This document shows positions 51,135-62,745 of a DNA stretch of 64,000 nt, one piece after another. The notes beneath the pieces are model-generated. The model was given only the letters and a program-made list of their open reading frames with translations, had not been told where the DNA came from and did not search any database. Both the position numbers and the translations under genes were made by a program. Within the stretch, counting starts at the first letter, position 1. Each line of letters starts with the position of its first letter. Origin of the DNA: Rozella allomycis CSF55 (lineage: Eukaryota); assembly GCA_000442015.1 (NCBI GenBank), contig KE561209.1, forward strand, positions 62,001 through 126,000. Direction: 5' to 3'.

Positions 51135-52607
51135 ATGTCTTCTTCTTTTGTTGTCGCTTGTGTAAGATCATTTGTTTATTTTTTTAGATAGGTAGGCAAG
51201 CCTTCTGCAGGAAAATCATCATTTTTAAATGCTGTATCCGATGCCGTTGCAAAAGTGGGAAACTATCCTTTTACGACTATAGAACCAAATAAGGGAGTTG
51301 CATATTATAAAGTATTGTATAATTTTCGTGATCTTTAGACCGAATGCCCTTGCAGAAGGTTGGCACATTATCATTTTGATAAATAGGTTTCAAAAGGAAC
51401 ATCTTTGTAAGCCAAGGCACGGGAAATGTATAATGGGAAATAGATACATTCCAATACAAATGCTTGATGTAGCTGGTCTGGTTCCTGGCGCATCAGAGGG
51501 AAAGGTTAATATTGAATTATTACCAAAACTAGGGTCTTGGCAATCAATTTTTGGATGATTTGCGCCACGCTTCGGTATTAGTTCATGTTGTAGACGCAAG
51601 TGGCTCTACAAATGAAAAAGGAGAGGCTACGGTAGGATATGATCCTAGCAATGATATCAAATGGTTGATTTCAGAAATTCATGCGTGGATTTTCAATAAT
51701 CTGAAAAAGAACTGGCCCAATGTCGTACGTCGACATAATGCCAAGTCTTCTACTTTGGAAGAAACATTACAAAATCAATGGAGTGGATATGGGGCGACAC
51801 CATTGCACACAATTAAAGTGTTAGATTTGTTATCTGGGAAAATACCTGAAAATATATCAATTTGGGATGATACCTCTTTAAATTGTTTGGTGGAGACATT
51901 TATTAAAGTTAGATTTCCGATGATTATTGCGCTTAACAAGGCGGATTTAACAGAATCCAATCACTATATTGAAAATCTATATAACTTGTATCCAGAATAT
52001 ACTATGATAGTTTGCAGTGCGCTTGCGGAGACATTTTTAAGGAAACTTGACAAACAGGGATTTTTGGCGTATGTAGATGGAACTGATACGTTCTACACTT
52101 TGGATAATGCTGAGTTAGTACCGAAGGTAAATAATAGACCCAAGCTTCAGAAAGGGTTACAATAAGCCAATGAAAGAACTAGACGAAAGAACTAAATCTA
52201 GACTTGAAAAGGTGCAAGGTACGTAGGTTCTTGATTATAAAATCCAGATCTTGTTTTGTATAGATTCGGTAATACTGGAGTGCAGGAAGTGATTCAAAGT
52301 GCTGTGGAGCTAGGAGATATGATTCCTGTCTATCCTGTGTCAAACATTAACAACTTCACTTCCGGCGAGTAAGTTCATTTCCTTTCAACATACGCAGCCA
52401 GTATGTATTTAGAGATGTTATTTTAACACATTCAAGTACTAGAATAAAAGATATCTCTCGGAAAATTGGTGCGATAAACTTTACTTCGGTTGTTACCATA
52501 GGAAATGTTCAAGTAATGCGTAGTCAATCATGTGACAGATATCCGATGAAGAATACGTAAGCCAAGAAAACAATATAATTTCATACGTAATACAAAATAA
52601 ATCATAA
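51135..52607 (+). CDS. OBG-family GTPase of the YGR210C type, about 8 introns
   Basis: [55 protein letters not shown]. Confidence 0.9.
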
Positions 52608-52714
52608 TCACTTTTTAAATAGATTTCAGATTTTTGTCTATTTTTAGATCGAATGTCGCATGCCGGCAGTGGTCTATATATGAACTTCATCATATTAAGT
52701 GAACAGAATAATTA

Positions 52715-53665
52715 ATGGCTATTATATTTGTTTTATACTCACATAAATGGTTCGGACCACTAAAGCAGCAATCATCAATGAGATCATTAATTGAATCATT
52801 GCAGCTGGATGCAACGAAAGATTATAGTATTAAGTGTCTTAAAAACAACTTCGTTTTGAAGGATAAAAACTTGGTGCTTCCTTCAGGATCTTATGAGTTA
52901 TTTGAAAGTAACATTGACTCATCTATGAAATTGGACTTGGTTTTTCCAAAGGAAATTACAAATTTTGAATCTAATACACAACTCTTAGTCGCAATACGTT
53001 TTGGACTTAGCTTGCTAGATAAATTATCCTTACAATTATCTGCTGCAAACACAAAATTTGCCAAAAAGGTATTACATGGCAATTTTGAACCAAATCTTAG
53101 AGAAATCAGAGTTAGAAAAACGTTAATTACATTGCTGGAAGAAATAGTGATTTTGATTTCGAATTCCATCAATACAGAAGACCCAGAGTACTGCAAAATT
53201 ATACATGTATTATTGTGTTATCAAAGCTATTTAGAGGGAACTATAACCATTAAGAATGCATTTTATCATGTGACAAGAGGTAATATGGTAATTCCACAAA
53301 AAACATTTAATGATCATCAAAATACCATTAACAAGCTGTCGCAGAAAATTGAAAGTATGAACTTGACCCATGCATTACAGAAGAATCCGAAAACATATAT
53401 GAAATCGAGAGTCGTTAAATTTGACTATGAATATGTAGCATGTTCACCATATCGACCTGTTGATCCAAGGGTCGCTGTTGGTTCGATGAAGAATAGATTG
53501 CTTGATGCAATGATTGATTCTAAATTAACTACAGATAGTGATATTTTGATATTAATTGAGTCTTGCATAAAAATGGAAGAAGCTATGTATTCGCCATACG
53601 GAATATATCCAACAACGTTTGTAAGGGAATCTATGATTAAAGATTTTGCGATACGAACCTACTAA
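52715..53665 (+). CDS. Hypothetical intronless protein (316 aa)
   Basis: Long ORF with ATG and stop; no recognisable motif. Confidence 0.6.
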   Translation: MAIIFVLYSHKWFGPLKQQSSMRSLIESLQLDATKDYSIKCLKNNFVLKDKNLVLPSGSYELFESNIDSSMKLDLVFPKEITNFESNTQLLVAIRFGLSLLDKLSLQLSAANTKFAKKVLHGNFEPNLREIRVRKTLITLLEEIVILISNSINTEDPEYCKIIHVLLCYQSYLEGTITIKNAFYHVTRGNMVIPQKTFNDHQNTINKLSQKIESMNLTHALQKNPKTYMKSRVVKFDYEYVACSPYRPVDPRVAVGSMKNRLLDAMIDSKLTTDSDILILIESCIKMEEAMYSPYGIYPTTFVRESMIKDFAIRTY

Positions 53666-54168
53666 ATGTGATTTCACTAATAAATTATAAAAATAAATGC
53701 CTTCATTTCCTCATTTCCTCAATCATTATGACTTTCGCAAATGTTATTTCTAATTTTCATCCTCAATACGGGATTCTCTTTTTGAACTACTAAAACAGAA
53801 GATTTTTGCGAGTCCAAATGCTTAAAGTCGGCTTCTAAACTACGCGAATTTTTCACATGAAGTCGATATGCCTGAAAGCTTCACATTCTATGAAGTTAGT
53901 TTCATTTCTTTTTATGTGTATGTCTATAAAGCCCACTTTTCAGAATAAGAATATGGTCTTCCCACATCTGAAGTTCCTCATCAGAAAACAGGCGTCTTCG
54001 AGGACTTAATTTCATTGATGTGGCTCAACGAAACATAATTCGGGCAAATCTTCACAGGATGCGAATAATCAGTGCTCAAAATAATTACTAAAAGCCAAAA
54101 AGTTGCACTAACAAACGACAATCGATTGAACATGTTTTTATTAATAAATTATCTAAAGAACCAAAAAA

Positions 54169-55374
54169 TCAATACTTTCGTTTCTTCAAAGGCACCATAA
54201 CTTTTTCTTGTACTTCTGAATTGTTATCATCTTCTTCAATCTCCGCTGTATCGGTTTCCTCTTCTTCCTGCTTGAAAAATGACACCAACTGATCTATTTG
54301 CTCTCCTGCCAACATTTGATCTTGAGGAATCGAAATGAGCATTTCAGTTATAGGCGATGGCGTAACGCGCCTTGAAATTGATCGACGACTTCTTCCTTCG
54401 CGCTTTGGCGTGTCAGACGATTCAAAGTTGTCTTGCAAAATTTTTCCACTTTTCCATTTCATGCCACAAGAATTGCAGAGTGTAGATTTGCCTGGTTGAA
54501 GAACAAGAGAATAGTTACCGTTGGGCCCTTTTCTCCATAGCGGGGTAGATCTGCAACCACAATAATTGCATTGTCTTTGGCCTCTATAAGAATTTATCGC
54601 ATCACTGCCATTAATTTCTTTGCTTGGAGTTTCAATGGTTTCTTTTGTTTCTACGTTTGCAGTATCAACCTCCAGTTTCTGCTTTGGCTAATTGAAGGTA
54701 GGCTGAAAATTTACCTTTTTACCGCTGCTGACCTTTTTATAAGAAGTTTTTTGACCAAACAATAAAAATTGCATCAACAATATTCACAACAATTGAATAA
54801 CTTACTTCTTTAATTGATGGTGGAAATTCACATTGTATTGAGAGATCATCTTGATTGCGAGGCGTGACATTTGTCAGTAGACCCAGAAAGCTGTTAGCAG
54901 GGACTAATTGCTCCAGATTAGTAAACAGAGCCTATTTCATGAGTAAATTTGAAGAGTTACTTGGTCGATATTTTTCATGCAGACTGTCAATTTTTCGTTT
55001 CTATGTTTGATGGTCAATTGCGCTTGGAATGGAGCCTAATATGATGCAAAGTCGAATATTACATTAAAGTTTGTTTTCTGTATAGCTATTAAATCTGGAA
55101 TTTTAAACAAGGTAGGGTTTGATGGGTATTGAAAAGCGATAATTTTATCGATGATGTAAACTTGTATATTGTTGAAGATATGAGGGCCAATAATTATAGT
55201 GATTGTAGAGTGTGATTTTTCTGGAACAGAAATGTTCAGAATATCAAAATAGTCTGTCAGTAGGGACTGTCGAGATTGAGCCAGTTTTAAAAAGAAAAAA
55301 CCACTAGAACTAATAATCACTAAAATTTTAAGATACTTGTTATATGAAGAATTCAAGTAATTAGAGTTTGTCAT
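54169..55374 (-). CDS. GATA zinc-finger protein (C-x2-C-x18-C-x2-C), about 6 introns
   Basis: CNYCGCRSTPLWRKGPNG|KSTLCNSCGMKW; C-terminal PLKKRKY NLS. The upstream exons join in frame. Confidence 0.8.
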
Positions 55375-55481
55375 AGAAAAGAAGAAAATGAAAGACAAGA
55401 AATTTCAGAAAACAAGAACATTCATTTATTGTGTAATGAAGAACAAAAACTGGTATGAGATAAATAAAATGCATTTGAATT

Positions 55482-57289
55482 TTAAGAGAAGGAATCTGAA
55501 TCGATTGAAAGAGACGAAGGAAATTTCCTTTTTAGAGGTTGTTGATTTAAGGGTCTTGGAGCATGACTGGGACGGGACATGGAAGAAACTGTGGGTCTAC
55601 CAACAGAATTCTTTTGATTTGAAGAAAGATTAGAGAAAAAGGAAGAATAATCGATTGGCGGTTTTTTTAAATTCTTTGTTACATGCAGGTAATGATGATT
55701 ATAATTTGAAATGTTTGAATTATTTAGTTTTGAAAGATCATCGCCTGTTAAGAAGAACAAGGCTCGTTTTTCATAGCTAGGAAAAATAATAAAGAAAGAA
55801 AATTACAAAGAAGGAATCTGATAAGGAATTTTCTGATTTGAATTGAAGCCCAAAATTTCTTCATTTTCATTATCAGGTTCATCAATCCAAACTCTACCAT
55901 TCCTTCCTAATCTGTATCTAGCGTTTGGTAAAATAGTTTCTGAAATTTTAACATCTTTTGAATAAAACAAAGAAGAAAGTTTTGGTTTGAAATTGATGAA
56001 AGGAAGCTATTATTAGCAGGGGTTATTGTTACTTCAGAAGTGTCATTGAAATCTTCATCTAATCTTCGTTTCTTCATTAATTCTTTATCAATGACAGACA
56101 TTAAATTCTGAGTCATTGCGATTGAATTTGAATCAATTCCTTTGACTGTTGAAGGTGCTGTATTTGTTTTTGGTGTTTGAAGTGCCTTTTCTTTCCTTGT
56201 AGAAATTCTCATTCCTCTATTTGACTCATCTGCGTATCTCAATCTTTTTATCGTCTTTTAAGTTCTATTGAATTTATTTACTTTTGGTTTCTTTTCAAAT
56301 ATTGGTCTTAAATGAGCAATCGCTTCTAACTCTTGCGGAGAAACTTTCTTTTTTAAATTGTCAACTAGAAGACTTTGTTCAAAAATTAATGATTCCAGCA
56401 TCAATGATTCTTTCTTAAATTTGTCTCTCTTGCAAACCATTTCCAAAAGAGTCTTTGCTGTTTCTAAATCTGTTCGAAGTTTCTTCAATTTCTCCAAAGA
56501 TTGTGAATCGCTTCTTCTTGTTTTCCTTTGAATTTTAATTTCTCTTCTTCTAAAACAAACATAAGGATCAGCGTAAGACTTTTGACCTTCATCAAGCTAA
56601 TCTAAACACTTAAATCTCTTCATACTTTTGTTGAATAAATTAATCCTTTTCCAACTCTATTTCTTTTTTCTTTCCAATATTCAAAAACTTTATCGCCAAA
56701 ATTCTTTATTCCTTCCTCCATCATTGGAATTTCCATTAGCATCTCCAAATCTTTCATATTGACACCTTCAACACTCTATTTCAATCATCATTTCAATTTA
56801 CTCTCTCATTTGATGCCTTTTCAAACTGGTTCATCATCATCTCAAACGCATCTTCAGATAACACAATCTTTCCATCTTTATTAATTTTATTCAACCAGTT
56901 TTCATCATCATCATCCATATCATACGGAATACTCACACAGTCCTCTATAAGCGTATTAAACCGCACAAGGGTCTTTGGCTGCTTATACACACCCCTGTAC
57001 AAGATATCATAATTCGCAATCTTTGTTGGCTTAGATGGCGTTGGAATATACACTGGCCCCGAATTAATCTGCGCCGACGCTAATGCTTGTTGCAAATGAT
57101 GCTCCTATCATCCCAAAATTCCAATATTTCTACCTCCTCCTCATCCTTATCAACTCCTGTCGGAATCAACGGCAACGCCCTGCTTATACTGGCGGATTCA
57201 TCAAGGTCAGGCACATCATAATAGCAAAATGCAGGTAGCGCTTTGTAAATATCGATTTTTCGCGAACGGAATTTTGGTTTGCGTTCCAT
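55482..57289 (-). CDS. EPL1: Enhancer of polycomb (NuA4 subunit), 6 introns
   Basis: FRSRKID, PTGVDKDEEEEHHLQ, YDMDDDDENWL, DPYVCFRRRE, RYRLGRNGRVWID. Confidence 0.92.
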
Positions 57290-57612
57290 ACTGTGTTAAA
57301 CTCTAAAATATCGCTCAAAACTCATTTTTATACTTTTTTGCTTGAATTTGACTAGTCGTGTATACAACGACCCTATTTACAAGGGTTTTCGGACTTACGA
57401 AATTTCGTAATTGGCATATTGTCGCTCGGCTCGTGATTTGTGTTGATACAGCGATAGATTTTTGAAATCTTTAGCATTATAAGAAAAGAAATTTTGAATC
57501 ATTTTACTCGAGACATTCGTAAGTCCTATGGAGACCCGTGATTGTTGTAATAGCAAATGATATATATCAAAAATGCGATAGAAAATATTAAAAATGTTTA
57601 TTATTGTGAATT

Positions 57613-60132
57613 TCACAACACTTCATATTCTTCATCTGATTGTGTAATATTCGCAGGTTTTATTACACTGGCATCAACGATTGGTCTGATTGCAAACAAG
57701 TTTAATTCCTTAATTTTCGCCCACTAATATTATTACTCTAGACATTTCTATGAAACCAAGTAGATCACTTGAATAAATGAGAAAGCCTAATAACATTGAT
57801 GGATCAAGCTCACTAACATGAATAGACTTTATTGACTGGCAGTGATAGGAAGGGCATGGGTAGGTTAATATCTCTTCAAAATTCTGTGAAATATGAGGAT
57901 CCAAGTACAAAACGTTTTGTCCTTTTGCTGCTGGAAAGTAAAAGGATCTCATCGGTTTTCCACCAACTATTCCCAAAAAGCACTTGTAATGAAACAGTGT
58001 CTTATTTCAAATATGGAGACATTTGTACTAACAATTTATCAAAGTACGACTCGTCCAATTTCTCTAGTCCAAGGCGAAGGGGTACCAACACAAATGCACA
58101 ATGGTCGCCTGCCAAACTATTTTTGATTTGTTCCACGTCTATCGCACAATCCACAGCGACATGCACCTTTACGGGATTGTTGCTCCATCTGTCAGACAAG
58201 TTTCACTTTAAGAATAAAATAATTGTTACCTAATTGAATGAGCGAGAACTGATGGGCTAAACCACTGACCAGGTCTTGTATTAAGCTTAGCGCCTTCTTT
58301 AACAATGTTATGAATTGAAAACAGAGATGTTGCTTCATCGTGAATCAATTTCAAGATGAATAAGTATTGCTTTGCAATATGCATATCGAATGATTTAATA
58401 AAGTTATCTGGATAATGAAGCTAATGTAAAGTACTGGATAGCATTATGCGTTTGTAGCACTCTGCGATCATTGATTGTCCTGATCGAATCATGCAGCCCC
58501 AACCGACATCTGATGTAAAAAAGTGGTGAATCAAGGGCATATTTGTTCGATAAGTTGCGTAAAACAATGAACTCCAAGCAATTTGAAAGTTTTCAGCTGC
58601 GTTGTTTATCACAGTCATACTTTCTTTAGGTTTGGTTTCGAAACAATTATTAATCAACCTTGGTAAAGATGGTAAGGATTTGTCGCTATTATAAATATGC
58701 AGCTGAGTTTTGATAAGATCAAAGTTTCTCTTCGACGATGCATGGAAAATTATGCAATCGCTCAAAGTACTTATAGCTATCTTGAAGCATTCTCGCAAAT
58801 TGAACGATATTTCTTTTATATTTTGAAACTCGACAACTTGATGGCCAATTTTTATGCTACGCTTGTCAATCACCAAATAGCATTTATGCCAACACAATTG
58901 ATTATAGTTCCATACATATATTTCAAAATCTTCGTGTTCTCTTTTATTTACAATGTACATTTTTGTGAAATTGAAATCTTCTGCGTGCATAAACCTACAA
59001 TTGAATTCGGTTTCCAACAAGTGAATCAGTCTGTCAATTAATTCTTCAGTAATTGCAATGCAGTGTTGATGTTTTAAGCAATAATACAGTGGATCATCGT
59101 ATCCATTCTTGATAATTTGTACTTTTATAGTGAGATGTTCTTCAGTGTAAGAGATTGATATAATCCGATGTACGGCTTCATCAAAAGACTCGGCAAATAT
59201 TGAAAATGGCTTTATAAAATTTAGCTTAAAATTTCTAATTCTTAGATATCTGCTAATATTATTGAATAAAGATTTCAATGAACTATTCCTACATTGCAGT
59301 ACACAAATCTTGCCCGCTATACAATTCTGACTAAACGCTGATCCAAAACGTTCATAATTCATGTTTAAGCATACTCCTTCAACATTTAAATCAAAAGAAT
59401 CAGAATAATTGCGGCCAAACATAAAAATGTTATTCATAGAGTCTTTGGCTACTTCATGGCCTTGATAAGATGGTTTGAGGGCCTGAACAAAAGTACCAAT
59501 TCCAGAGTTGAATATCCAGTGTCTAATAAAATTTTTGATATTGGTTACCCTAATTTTATATAGATTGGAAGCTCTTCAGATAAATCTTGATCAACCATAC
59601 TTGTCAAATCAACATTACTGGTCTTTGAATCCAATTTGTCAATATTCCTTGAGGTTAGTGATTGGGCAGACATTGTTCGTCTGAGTTTTGAATCCTTTGG
59701 TGGTCTATTTTCCAATAAAAACTCCAATTGAAGAACTATTTGCCCACATTCCTTTATTATTTTTAAACACGAGTTTAAACAATTGGATGAAACTGGAATC
59801 ATATTTCTGTGTATCTGGCTGGATTCAATGAAACAATTGTGATGAGTTTTATCAATGGAAATGAAATCAGTTGAAGAGTATGATGTAATATTGTATTTGG
59901 ATGTTGTAAATTCAAAGTATAAAGAGTCCATTTGGTGCTGTGTGTGAAACATGAAGCAAAATGAGGTTGCTTTAATTGGTAACTGGATAGTGTAACCTGG
60001 TTTGATAGGAACGATATATGCGGTTGAATCAAGAGAATATTTCAAAAACACATGGTCTGCCATCAAATAAGCTTTGAGGCGATTCGAGTTGAAATATATA
60101 TCAGGAAGTTTCACGTACAAAACATATAACAT
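57613..60132 (-). CDS. ATG4: ATG4 cysteine protease (C54) with N-terminal extension and inserted PH-like region, 5 introns
   Basis: TSDVGWGCMIRSGQ, FSIHN, GQWFSPS, VPLRLG, GIVGGKP, YLDPH, LDPSMLLGF, C-terminal LIR-like DEEYEVL*. Confidence 0.9.
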
Positions 60133-60205
60133 ATACTCTACTAGAAATAATATATAAATATATTTTATTCTTTAACTTTTTTATTCTTTATTTTTATTTT
60201 GTTGA

Positions 60206-61137
60206 TTAAAAGGCAAGTCTAATTACATGATCAGCTTTTCTTGCAGTGGGTTTAATGAAGCCCATAAATTGCAGTTCTGAAATAGATCTCATGAAACGAG
60301 CTAGAACGATGGATTGATCTAATTCTTCTTTGGAGCCGCTTTCGAGGATGAGGCCAAATGAAACAAACCAATCGTATAAATTGATCATTTTACCGCATTC
60401 AAGGTAGAGTTGGTAGATTATGGAAGTGTCTGGTAGAGAAGGATCTATGGTATCTTTAGAGATGGAAGGTTTGTTTAGGTAATGATTGCTATCTTTTAAA
60501 GAATTTTGAATAACAGATCTTGGCTGAGCATGAAACGCTTTACGAAGAGACTTTGCATTATCAAACAAGAATATTTCATGCAAGGGGAGAGAAGAATAAT
60601 CTTGTAGACCAAATTGGAAGATTTCTTTTAATAAATTGACGCAATTTGATTTGTTTGTTGAAGATGAATTTGATTTGAATGTTTGAAGAGAGTTTGATAA
60701 TTTTGTTGTTTCATTTTGTAATAAATCGCATTGATTGAAAATTTGAATTATTTTAGAGAAATATTCTTGAAATGAATTTTCATCTAAAAATCTTTAATGA
60801 GTACGAAGAAAATAGAATTTACTTTATGATTCTCAAGATTGAATGAAGATTTTCAATTTTATTTTCTAAACAATTTAGGAATAAAATGGATGGAGATTTT
60901 TTTAAAGATTTTGATTGAATGAAGGGATTTATTTCAATTAAAGCTAAAAAACAAAATTTGAAAATTTCCAAAAAAGAANTTTCAGTTAAAGCTAAAAAAC
61001 AAAATTTGAAAATTTCCAAAAAAGAAAATAAATTTCTGATTTGAATTTTAGCCCATTTTTTGAATTCTTGATTGTTTTGTAAAAGAATTTTCATTTGATT
61101 CAAATTTTGATCTAATTTTGAATCTACAAATCTTTTA
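60206..61137 (-). CDS. ORC3: Origin recognition complex subunit 3, C-terminal part only
   Basis: PDTSIIYQLYLECGKMINLYDWF...ARFMRSISELQFMGFIKPTARKADHV; the frame is cut at N 61138. Confidence 0.9.
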
Positions 61138-61142
61138 NATAT

Positions 61143-62724
61143 ATGTCATTAGTAAGATATTTCGTAATTGATAAAATGAGATCTAATGTCACAACGTTTT
61201 TGATTGGCGCAATATTGGGTGCTGGCCTAAGAGATTTATTAAGAAACCTTAGTTTGAATTATAAAGGCGATGACGAGGAACCAATATACGTTGAACTTGA
61301 AAGTCAATTTATTCTGTCACCAGATATTTTGTACGCTATTCTTAAAAAGTTTACCGAATGCATGTCAAATGGTCTAGCTGAAGAAAACTACAAAGATATG
61401 CCAATGATTCCCAGCTTCGTTGAAAGGCTTCCCAAGGGTAATGAGTATATTGGCCTTTGAAAGGAAATGAGACTGGATATTTTTTGGCAATAGATTTAGG
61501 GGGCACAAATGCAAGAATTTGCCTTGTGGATTTAAAAGGAACGAGAGAGCAGCCTGTATTAATTCAGAAAAAGGCTGTTGTACCAGATGATGTAAAGGCA
61601 GGAAAAAGTGAAGATTTATTTAATTGGCTTGCTGATCTTACATTTGAATTCGTTAACGAAAATGAAATAACGAATGAAGAAAAGATTAAACTTGGGTTCA
61701 CATTTTCATTTCCAGTTGTGCAGTCTGGCTTATCCAAAGGGAAATTGACTCAATGGGCAAAGTAAAAGAGAATATATTCTATAACAGGGGCTTTTCATGC
61801 GAAGGGGTTGTTGGAAAGGATGTGGTGGAACCTTTACAAAAGGCTCTTCATAATAAAGGACTGGAGATTGAAGTTGTTGCATTAGTCAATGATACAGTTG
61901 GAACACTTGTCTCACATTCATATGTTGATGAAATGACATTTATGGGAGTCATATTGGGTATTTTGATTCTTAATGTATCAAAAGGAACCGGAACCAATGC
62001 AGCTTATGTTGAAGAATGCTCCAGAATAAAAAAGAAAGATTTGAAAGGAAAGCAAATGGTTATTAATACGGTAAACGACATGGTTTGTATTAATAAAGGA
62101 ATGGGGAGCGTTTGACTCTGAGAGGAAATATTTACCTTATACGAAATATGATAATCATTTAAATAAAGAATCATTGTATCCAAATCAGCAGAATTTTGAG
62201 AAGATGATCTCCGGAATGTATCTTGGTGAAATCACACGCCATGTACTCGTGGATCTCCATGCTAGAGGTTTATTGTTCCCAGCTTCTAATATAAATTGCC
62301 TCTTGAAAAGAGAATCATTTTTAACTTCTCAAATGTCAAGAATTGAAAGGTAAGAAAAATTCCCGTAATTCAAAGGGACAATTCAAAAAACTTGGATGAC
62401 GTGAAAATTGTTTTGGAAAAGAATATTGGAATTTCAGAAACAGATCTTAATGACAGAAAACTTGTTAAGCATGTTTGCAAATGTGTTGGAACAAGAGCAG
62501 CTCAATTGTCTGCGATGGCTATTGGTGCTGTTTTGAAGCATTCCGGTAGATGGGATTGCACTGTTGCTATTGATGGATCTTTGTTTGAACATTACCCTAA
62601 TTTTAAACTAAGAATTCAACAAACATTAAGACAATTATTTGGAGTTGTTTCAGATGACGTGAAATTGTCGCTAGCGAACGATGGAAGTGGAATTGGTGCA
62701 GCTTTGATTGCCGCTTCATGTTAA
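61143..62724 (+). CDS. HXK: Hexokinase, 5 introns
   Basis: MPMIPSFV, LAIDLGGTN, LGFTFSFPV, VNDTVGT, GTGTNAAY, INTEWGAFD, EKMISGMYLGE, DGSGIGAAL. Confidence 0.96.
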
Positions 62725-62745
62725 AAATAAAAAAAGTTGAATTTT

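Noticed and set aside
54169-57289. EPL1-GATA fusion
   Set aside because: EPL1 reaches a stop at 55482 and the GATA gene has its own ATG at 55374.
57365-57530. Hammerhead ribozyme or U6 snRNA
   Set aside because: No CUGANGA core; GATACAGCGATAGATT only loosely resembles the U6 ACAGAGA region and the flanking U6 motifs are absent.
60938-61143. Naturally truncated ORC3 abutting hexokinase; 41-bp duplication
   Set aside because: Both coincide with single Ns (60979, 61138); these are scaffold joins. The same applies to the RING gene cut at 48866.
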